In this document: piece after piece, positions 47,992 through 57,877 of the stretch
How the letters are laid out: the number at the start of each line of letters is the position of its first letter
How positions within the stretch are numbered: position 1 is the first letter of the stretch
Source: Cyanophora paradoxa CCMP329
Taxonomy: Eukaryota; Plantae; Glaucophyta
DNA length: 64,000 bases
Direction: 5' to 3'
NCBI GenBank assembly: GCA_004431415.1
Contig: QPMI01000039.1
Span: 372,001 to 436,000, forward strand
Made by a program: the position numbers and the translations under genes
Notes under the pieces: generated by a model
What the model was told of the DNA's origin: nothing
Databases searched by the model: none
What the model saw: only the letters and a program-made list of their open reading frames with translations

Positions 47992-49372
47992 ATGCCCCTC
48001 GCGGGCTTCGACTTCGCCCGCTTCGGCGCCGATGTCTCGCGCGAGCTCCTGGCGCTGGCAAACGGCGGCGGCTGGAGATCGGCGGGCGAGCAGGAGGGAG
48101 TGAAGGTGCGTGTACGCATCAGACGGGGCCCGCGCGACGCCTAGGCCGAGGAGAGACCGCGCACGGCTTCGCGTCGCCTTGCGGCCCCAGCGGGCAGGAG
48201 CGTTGCCGAGGGAGAGCCGCGAGCGCGTGTGCTGGGCTCCGCACGGAGAATGCGACGAGTTGCGCTCATCCGCCCGCGCCGCAGATCTCCACAAAGTCCT
48301 CAGGGGCGCGCCAGCTCGTGAAGGGCGAGGGCATCATCAACACGTCGCCCCAGAAGTTCTGCGCTTGCATCGGCTCGGTGCGTGCCGGCGCCGCGGCGCT
48401 GGCGTGCACGCCTCGCCGTGCGCTCACGCTCTTTCGACGTCGCATGCGCAGGAAGGCGTACGTCCCGCCGAGCGCGGCCCCCGCGCGCGCCTGCCGCTCG
48501 AATCGCGCTCCGCTGATTCTCGTACGCCAGGCGACGCGAAGCTACAACAAGATGATCAAGGTCCGCCGTCCTGTCATCCGCCCCTGTCGCCCGCGCGGGC
48601 GCGACCGCCGCGCGGCAGAACGGGCGGGTCATTGAGCGCCACTCGGAGAACCCGATCAAGCGCGCGCTCATTTACTATGCCGAGATCGGCTTCCCGCGGC
48701 CCGTCTGGGACCGGTAAGCCCCCCTTCCGCGCCCCGCCCAGCCCGCGAGGCTCCCCGCTGAGAGCGTGGCGGCGGGGCGGGGCGCAGGGACATGGTGTAA
48801 GCGAACCCGCACCCCTCCCGCCCCCGCCGGCTCGGCGCGGCGGGGGCCGACGGGGCGCGGGGCGGCGGGGCAGGTACGCGGCCTTCACGCGCTGCACCTC
48901 TGACGGCACGTGCATCGCCGGCGTCCGCTCCGTCGGTCCGCCCGCCCGCGCCGGGGCCCCCGCGCCCCCGGCGCCGCCCACGCCCCCGCAGAGCACCCCG
49001 ACGTGCCGGAGCGCGACGGCTTCGTCCGCGCCAAGTGCTACACTTCCGGTCCGCGCCAGCCGCGGCCCGCTGCTCCTGCCCGCCGGCGCCGCCGCCGTCT
49101 AACTCGAGTCTCCGTTTCTCCACGATCGCGCAGGCTGGATCGCGCGGCCGGTGGCGGGGGAGCCAGACAAGAGCCACGTGACGTACATCGCCAACGCCGA
49201 CCTCGGCGGCTGGTCCGCCCCGCCGCCCACGGCCGCCCGCCCTACCGCTGAGCGCCGCACCGGGCCGCGCGGTGCGGGCGGGCGCAGGCTGCCGACGTCG
49301 GTGGTGAACTGGGCCTCCACGAGCCAGGCTCTCAACGTCGCCCGTGCCCGCCGCCTCTGCGCCCCGGGCTGA
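47992..49372 (+). CDS. START-domain lipid-transfer protein, paralog B
   Basis: MPLAGFDFARFGADVSRELLALANGGGWRSAGEQEGVK|ISTKSSGARQLVKGEGII..YNKMIK..YAEIGFPRPVWDR|DMV|YAAF..EHPDVPERDGFVRAKCYTS|GWIARP..VTYIANADLGGW|LPTSVVNWASTSQALNV..PG*. Confidence 0.9.
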
Positions 49373-49728
49373 CCCCGAGGCCCGGGCCCCGCCCCCGCCC
49401 CCGCCCCCCCCGCATGCCCCGCCTCTGGCGGTAGTAATACCCTCAGGCCCTCGCGTTGAGTAATATATACATCGATATCGGTCCCATGCCAGCTGCACTG
49501 CTGCTGCAGCACCACTCATTGTCAAACTCCGCCCTGGGCCTAGGCCTGCCCCTACCCCCCCCCTCCCCCCCCCCCCTTCCCCGAGACCTAGCCTAGCAGC
49601 CTAGTAGGATCAGCACCATACGCGCGCGTCAGGCACCGGCGTACCGTACCGCCGAACAGGTCGACATCGTGTACTAGTACTGTGCGTGTTATGTGCGTCG
49701 GTTATGTGCGTGTTGTCGTCGATGCATA

Positions 49729-49898
49729 CCGTAGAACACAATATTAAGGTCTGTACTTGATTATATATATGTCGTCCCGAAATTATGTCGCCTCGGACGG
49801 GACAAAACGACATAATTTGGGGACGTCATATTTCGCATAGAGAAGGCTCGGGTTTTCAAACGACATAAATTTGCATGGCATAATATTGTGTTCTACGG
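49729..49898. mobile_element. MITE family C short derivative (170 bp), TA TSD
   Basis: TA|CCGTAGAACACAATATTA ... TAATATTGTGTTCTACGG|TA, 18-bp perfect TIR; shares AAATTATGTCGCCTCGGACGGGACA and CGACATAATTTGGGGACGTCATATTTCGCATAGAGAAGG with 36910-37173. Confidence 0.92.
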
Positions 49899-50444
49899 TA
49901 TATATGTCTGGCTCTCCGCCGCGGCGCGGCCGGGATAAGCTTGTCACAGTACTAGCTATAGTGTACATACGGTATGCATGTCGACGCGTACGTCGTTTCC
50001 GAAGTTCTTCCCCGGGCCGGGGGCCCCGGCGGGGGGCCGGCGGGGCCCGGGGGCCCGGGCGGGCCGGGCCCCGGGGGCCGGGGCCAGGATCGACCTCCGG
50101 AGTCCGGACTCCCGGAGTCCGGACCCAGACTCTAATTCGCCTCCTCCGGAGGCGAATTCATTGAAATTTCATTCATGGCGAAATTCGCGAAATCGGATCG
50201 ACAACCGGAATCCGGACTCGCGATTCGTCACATTGTTTGCAATGTATATATAAATGTCTTGGATTTGTGAATACTGTAAGGTCCCTGTAACTTAACTGTC
50301 TATAAAAAAAGTGAATCATTGAATTTCGAATCGTGATAATGATTAAAAAAGAAACTGATATATATTAATATTTATGTTCGATTCGTGTCTCCGTCACGGC
50401 CGCGGACGGGATGAGTCCAAATGACGCGAATGGACAAGAGATTC

Positions 50445-50730
50445 GGCGCGCGCGATCGCGATCGCGATCGCGATCCGCTGCAGCTGCGATCGATATCCGC
50501 TCTGATTCGCGATCCGCTACGGATCCGCTGAATCTGATTCGCGATCCGCTACGGATCCGCTGCCGATCGCGAATCCGAAATTACTCTGAATCCACCGTGC
50601 ACGTGACAGTGGTGGCACTGAGTCCAGAATATTAATCCAGAATCCAGATTCCAGATCCGATCATCGGATGATCCGATATATCGATGATCCAGACTCCAGA
50701 GTCCAGAATCCTGAGTCCAGACTCCAGATT
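50445..50730. repeat. Low-complexity (CGATCG)n, GATCCG and TCCAGA repeat tract
   Basis: cgcgatcgcgatcgcgatcgcgatcc; duplicated ctgattcgcgatccgctacggatccgctg; repeated tccaga. Confidence 0.75.
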
Positions 50731-51419
50731 TCTGGTTCCGAAATCTTTTCTGCAAGCTCGATTTGTTTTTGAGAGACTACGGTGGGGCGAACCCCCGCGG
50801 CCGTATACGTAGGTAGTGATATTAAGGATATATATATAACAAAGGATTCTCAGTACCGTAGTACGCCGAGTACCGTAGTAGTACGCGCGCGCGCGTCGCG
50901 CCTCGGCCGGGTCGGCCCTCGCGACTCTGAGTCGCGAGTCGCGATCGGCGTCGCCGAGTCGAGTCGCCGGAGTCCGAGTCTGTCCGACGTCGACGGTCGA
51001 CGGCCCGGCGCCGGGCCGCGGCCGGCGGTCGCGATCGGCGACTCGGCGATCATCATGATCATGGCATATATATATATATATACGTATACCGTAGTTCTAC
51101 GAGCTACGCGTACGGTACTTGGCCGCGGCGCGGGCCGGGCCCGGCCCGCGCGGCCCGGCACGCGTACGCCGTACTACCGTAGTACGGTAGTTCCGCGCGT
51201 ACTACCGTAGTACGTAGACTCCGTAATACCGTAGTAGTACTAGTACGTACGCGTACACGTATACTCGCCGCTGGGCCGGGAGCTTCGGGATACTTTACCG
51301 TACTAGCCCCGCCTGGCAGGCCTGTAGCGAGGCCCGGCGTGCACACGGACGCGTGCTATCGTACTCAGCGGCTAGCTATAGCCTAGTGGCAGATCGGCCG
51401 CTGCGGCCGGCCGGGCGCC

Positions 51420-54400
51420 ATGGCTGCTCGCGATCGCGATCGGCCGGAAGCTCAGACCGCAGCTGGCCTTGTGACAGTAACAGTTGCGCCCCGACAGACA
51501 CCCCCCATGCACGCACAGCATGCGCATGCGCAAGTACATGTACAGCCACCAGCGCAGGCAGGGAATTTGAATGCGCAGACACAGCCGCTTGCAAATGCAC
51601 GCCCAAAACAAGACGAGATTACTGAAGGTGCAAGCTTTTCAAGAAACGATGACATCGCGGCATAAATGCGGCTCGGGATCTGCTTACGTGTACGCGTATA
51701 CATGTGCATATACGCATGCGCAGAGTACCTGGAATTTCTTCGCGAGAACTTCGAGATCCACAGCCAGCGGTCTAGTGTGCTCTACCAGACAGTGGACAAG
51801 GACATGTTCGTTCGTTTCGGAGACGCCCGCAGAATGTTTGCCGCAGGTGTGCATGCGTTCATTTTAAGCTTGCATGATAATCAGTGATATTATATGCATC
51901 ATGATCTTGATCAATTCCACCTGCAGCGGCCACCGGAATTCTGATCGTGAGTGCATGATTATAATTAATCTATACTAGATGATAAGGCCTAGGATGCTGT
52001 ACACGTCATCCTGGCCTTGTAACAGCCCCAGATTAAAATCGAGGCCAATGAGCGCGTGCTTTCATGCAGCTGTGGGTCATTTCTGCGATCAACCAGACCG
52101 AAGGCCCGCTTTCTGTGAAGCCGGATCCTTCACGCCTCGTCACAATTTGGTCCGACAATTGCCACATCGCATTCGAGAAGCAACCTTCGGAGGCCCTGTA
52201 TACAAGAGCATCGGCCTCTGGGTTTGAGATCACCGTAACATACTTTCCGGGGAGATGGCCGATCCAGCAAGTCATGCAATTTGCCAGGTTTGATAAGGAG
52301 GCAAACACCGTTGTCGTGCGGGTGAGAGCGCGTGCTCTCGTACATGTATCGATCCCTTGCTGCAATCCCTTGAGCTTCAGACTACGTGTAATTGGCCGGA
52401 TCGAGCAGAATACGCGCAAGAAGAACAAGAGCGTCGGGGGAGGCCCAAGCGACTTCTCAGAGTGGAGCTGCCGGATTACAATCAAAGCGGACGGGGCATT
52501 TCCTCCTATCTGGATTGTCTCATACCCTAGCGTCGGTGACCGAACCGTGCTCCCGGGAACTTCGATTGAGCAAGCGCCCGGCGCGTGCACCTCGGGGGCT
52601 CGCGCAGCCGTCTTCCACAGAAACTCCGCGCTCACATTGGAAGGTGATCTAATTCTTAAGCTTCTGCATTTTATTGTCTGATTGTTCTAGATCGGATAAT
52701 TTATTATAATGCTATTGATATCCGGATCTCATGTGCAATATTAATCAGGGCCGGATCTGCACGTGAAGCTGAACTGCTTGCGAGCTTCTGAGCTCACAGT
52801 TCTGGACAAAGGGCACAGCCAGGTCTCGATTTCAACAGTCGCCCCTCTAATCAAGACGACCGTGAAGCTCCGCGCCGGGCGCTTCAGCCTTTGGCAGCCA
52901 GAGCCCTATTGCGCCGTGGTCTCGAGCTCCGGATCCAATTCCGGTTTTTCAAGTGCTCACGGAGGCGGAGCGTGCTTCTTCGCAGATGTTGTGCAGCCAA
53001 GACAAATGTCAGCAGGGCTTTGGTCGATTGGCGATACAAACTGCACAGCAGCATCAACGTTTCCTACCATGGCCACTTCTTCAGCGTTCGTTGTCGCTAA
53101 TGTCACGCTCGAGACAAGCCACGCGTTCATTCAGCTCGAGGCAAAGCTCAGATACGATGCGAACTCCGGCTCTGCGTATGAGAACACAGACATTTTTAGA
53201 ATGCAGGTACGAGTGCGGCGATCATTCGCTTTTGTTTGGCGCTACAGTTTGCGGCGATCATTCGCTTTTGTTTCTCTGATTATAATTTCCAGCCGCGGCC
53301 CTTTGTCATCAGGAGAGATCTCGTCGGTGGCGTCAGTGGCCTTCCAACTCATCCCAGTCTTTCCTCTTCGCAAGTGACTACTGTCCGGGATGCATTCTAC
53401 CGAGACCTGTCGAGCCAATTTGTCATGCCCGCCGATTACATACACTTTGCAAACAGAGATCAATCCGCCAACGAGGGGCAGTGGCTCTTGGTTGAAAACA
53501 TTATGTACGAGGTGACTCAGTGATATCGATCATGATCAATTCCAAAAAAAATAATATTTGTTTTCTGAATATATACGTACTACGAATCGCGCAGCTTGTC
53601 AGGCCCGAATATCTGGTTCTCATGACTGGCGGTCTGCTCTTCCCCACTCGCCTTCAAATTCCAGTCACCTTTTTGCCTCCTTGTCCAAGCTGGGGAGGCT
53701 CGAATACAAAACCCACCGACATTGATCTGACCGCATCTGGCCCTTTCCAGATCCTCATTAAGGTCAAACTTACTTGTACCTTGCATCGCAAATTGTAATG
53801 AAGTCGAGGACTTATTATCGCAAGAGCAGGCGCTTGGTAATCCTCGCACTTGGTTCATCTAGGTGTTCCGGTTTCTCAGCATGTGCGACACGATGAGGCT
53901 GTTTCTTCTTATCGATGTCAGCATATGCCTCGACAACATGCAGAGGGAAGCCAAACGCAAAGAGCGGCAGGCAGAGCGCTATGCCGGAATTCAGGAAAGT
54001 CAGCAAATAGAGCATCTCCTCATTGATTTCGACGTCGACACTTCAACCGTTCCGGATTCTCAGAATTCTTCACCGCAGCAGCAGCAGCAGCAGCAACAGC
54101 AATCGCAGCAGCCGCATCATGATCAGCCGCAGGAGACGCAGCAGCCAACCCATTTGGCTGCGCACACGACAGATCGACGTTCGACTTCCAAATTTTTTGA
54201 GTACATGACCAGCCCGAAGTTGTGGAAACTCGACATGCTGTCGTTCTTCCTTCACCTCTGCGTGATCGTTCTTCCGACGCTGCCGGTGCTGATAGCATGC
54301 TGGGGCTACAGCTACACACGGCGAGAGTTCGATTTCGAGTCTCGCGACGACGCTGGAGAGAATGCGGCATATTTTGTAGTCGCTTCCCGCTACGCAGTCG

Positions 54401-56562
54401 CTGTCTACATCTTGAATGGGGTACGGGACATGCGTTATTTTCACCTCTTCAGAAAATGACTTCGAGCCGGTTGCATATGCATGTGCAGCTCGCACTCTGC
54501 TGGTACTACTTCCAAAACAAAGAGTGGACTCAAACAATGGTTCAACACATGCAAAGCGGAGCGTACAAAATCGCACCTATGCTAGCTGCGCCTGTGGGAG
54601 TTCCTAAAGATCCGCCCCTGCTTCAAGCGGTTTATATCTTGTCGGCCGTGTCCATGTCATTCTGGGTTCTTTTCGTAATTGCGTCCCTTGTTGGAACCAG
54701 CGTAATGATTCTCTGGGTTTCTCTTGGTGCGTTGTCTGTTCGCTTCAATTTTGTGGGGTTGGCGAGACTTCGAACGATGACCTCGAGAGCTTGAGCAGGG
54801 GTCATTTTAAAGCCCGATCGCGTCATTCCGATCTGCGTCGGTAAGTAAGATGTTCAATTTGGTTATCGAATTCGAAGCTGTCGAGACTTCATTTCTAATT
54901 TTCTACAGCAATCATATCGTTCCTATGGCACGTTTGGCGTCTTTGGGGTTTCCTAAAGCGCCTCACGGCTCAGCTGATGTCCGAAATCAATAAAGCTCGC
55001 GCTCTTTTCATCGAAATTGTTAATGATATTAAAGCGATCAAGAAAGCACGCTTGAAACTCATGAACAAAACAAGTAAGCCCTGCGAGTCTCATGGCGATT
55101 TACGCTTCTAGAACTCGCATTTCATGCATATGATCGAAACAGATATAGATGGGAACAAGTACGATGATTTCAAGAAAAGGCTGGAGACTCGATTGATGGC
55201 ACATATTCGGAATACTGCGCAAGACCGGCTCCCCGCGGCTCTGCACTTGCCCTCAAAAGCAGGTGCATGAGTTGCAATCTGCTAGCTATAGAGAGTTGCA
55301 GTTTGCCGATTGGTCTGCCTAATCATATAGAGCGTCCGCATGCCTTTTGCAGAGCTTTCGGGGCTGGCCACCCTAGCTATACAGAATGTCGAGCGCGAAG
55401 CGCGGGAACGTGCCGCGGCCGTCGCGGAGGGTCTTGTGGATAGCGCTATTCGCGAAGCCGACAGCAGCTATAACGCTGGATCCGTAGCATCGGCTGCAGC
55501 TGCGGCTGTACCTCGAGCAGATGCAGCTACAGCTGCAGCCGGCACATCAACGGCGCCGGCCGCGCCGGCTCACAAAGAAGACGCCCAATTGCAAGCTCAT
55601 GATCAGGCCCTCACACGAGGACTAGATGAAATAGACAAGGTTCTCGGCAAGATCAAGGTGGGAAGGATCGGCAAGGTTATGCGAGTGTTCGCGATGCAAG
55701 AGCGCTGCTCGTGAGTTGCAATTGTGACTGAATCGATGCTTCTGACATGATCATGAACTTTGAATTCATCAACTCTGATCCATTAACTTCAGATTGAACG
55801 ACGTCGGACTGCTCTACGAGAGCTGTCTCTTCCTTTTCTTCTTCTTCGTGTTTATTTTTGTGGGTATAGCGGTAGGCCGATTCTTTTTTGCAATGCCGAT
55901 TTGCGCATAGATTCCGGCATTCGATATTCAGACTTCGTGGCTGTCGATAGGCTTTCGGAGTTCCTGGCTACATAACGACGGGCATACATAGCATCCTTGC
56001 AGGTAACTTAGTAAACAACCCCTCCTTAGGAAGAGCCAACAAACACGGAAGAGCACAATCAACTGCGCATGCGCAGGCGGCGCGGCTTTTTTCGTGAATC
56101 GAAACTCCACAGCAAAGGTTTGAGTTTCGCTTATCGCGCAATATCAATATTTAAATCATTGCCTAAATCATTTCGTACCAAGGCCTTGGAGACCATTGAT
56201 AAGGGAGTTCGAAGCACCAACATTACTCAAATCGATGCCGCCATGAAGAAGGTGCGATCTATATTTCTCAAACGTGCCGAAGTTGACGAATTTCAAATTC
56301 GTTTTCTGATTATAATGACTTTCGGGGGCACCCGTCCGCACAGATTTTCGGAAAGATTGACGAGGTCTTCGGCGAGTTCACGAAACTCAAGTCTTCGAAC
56401 TCGTTAGAATCCATCGTGCTGGTTGCGCTCATCGAGTTCGGAAAGGACGCCATGGATGCGGCTAATGTAAAGGAGGACGGCACTGCCAGGGGCGCCGAAA
56501 AGACGCCGGAAACGCTGCAAAGAACTAGAGGCCAAAATCTTGAGCGACATTTTAGCTTCTAA
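51420..56562 (+). CDS. Hypothetical multi-pass membrane protein with large beta-rich soluble region and poly-Q tract, multi-exon
   Basis: Long exon ORFs (52064-52681, 52763-53377, 53863-54459) with GT-AG boundaries; hydrophobic segments MLSFFLHLCVIVLPTLPVLIACWGY, AVYILSAVSMSFWVLFVIASLVGTSVMILW, LLYESCLFLFFFVFIFVGIA; last exon ends ..ERHFSF*. Family not recognised. Confidence 0.65.
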
Positions 56563-57877
56563 ATCTCCATCCATGTGGAAAATTCTTGTCTAGATATTGT
56601 CTTCTTCGCATTCGAATTCTTTGTAGACGCTCGACTCTTCTTCTTCTTGTCTCTCGGAGTCTATCAGCTTCGAAAATTCATGTCTTGTCTTCTTTAAATT
56701 CTCTGTATACGCATACAAATTGATTGGACTTTGTCTTCCAGATTGATTACCATGTAGCTTTTATGCTTTTATATATGTTGGAATTGTGCATGTACAAATA
56801 CGTATATACGTATACGTACATTTTAATTTGAGTCTGCGACGACGAAATTCTAGGAAGTAGAAACTCATGATCCGATGATCGGATATCATCATATGCATGA
56901 TCATTTGTATGCATTGAACCACGAACGAACTGTGTGTGCAGGCCTAGGGTGTCATGGCCAGCTGCAGGCCTGGATATAGCCATATAGCTGGCTTCGTTTA
57001 TATTTTTTAATGCGCTCTTGTCGACTGAATTTAACAAAACAATTACTCATATGCGCATGCGCATGCCGCTGGTCACGTGCGCGAGCATGCGCTTGCAAAT
57101 TCGAATTAGACTCACCTCGGCCTCCGCGCCGCCATCCCCCGTGTTCCCCCGACGCTGCCCCTTCCCGAACCAATCCGACCTAGGCCCTCGAGATCTACCC
57201 CCTGGCCGGCCCCCGCCCCCCGCCCCTGTTCCTGGCTCCTGGCCGGCCCCCGCCCCCCGCCCCTGTGCATGCCCCGCCTCCGGCCCAGGCCCCTCGGCCC
57301 TCGCGATCGGCTCCGATCGCGATCCGCCTCTAGATCTTTTGGCTCGAGTAATGTATATTCGAATTCGTCCCAGCACCACCCCGAACTCGTTGTCGAACTC
57401 CGCCCTGCGGCCGGCGCGGCGGCGCCCCTGTCCGAGCCGCAGGGGGCACGGCGAGGTACCGCCGCAACGGTCGCCGTAACGGAAATTTAAGGACGCCATG
57501 GTGCGGGCCGGCGCAGGCGCAGTGCGGCTAATGTTAAAGAGTGCGGAGGGCGAATCCGAATTGCGCGTTTACCGATGGCCTAGGTAAGGCCTAAACCTAG
57601 CTACGTTCCTGTTGACCTTATTATAGAAACTCACTGAGCACGAGTACTTGTCATGATCATCAGTAGAGCACGAGTACTTGTCATCATGCATGATCATCAG
57701 TAAACCACCGAACGAACTGTGTATACGAGATCCGGCCTCTAAATCTACCCCCGGCCCGGCCCAGCCTCCTGGCTCCTGGCCGGGCTGGCCTTGTGAGCTG
57801 GCTCGATTCGCCGCGCGTTGATGGCGTGCATATTACAGCAGATCTAGGGGCAGGGGCTGGGATCGGGGGGCGGGCCC

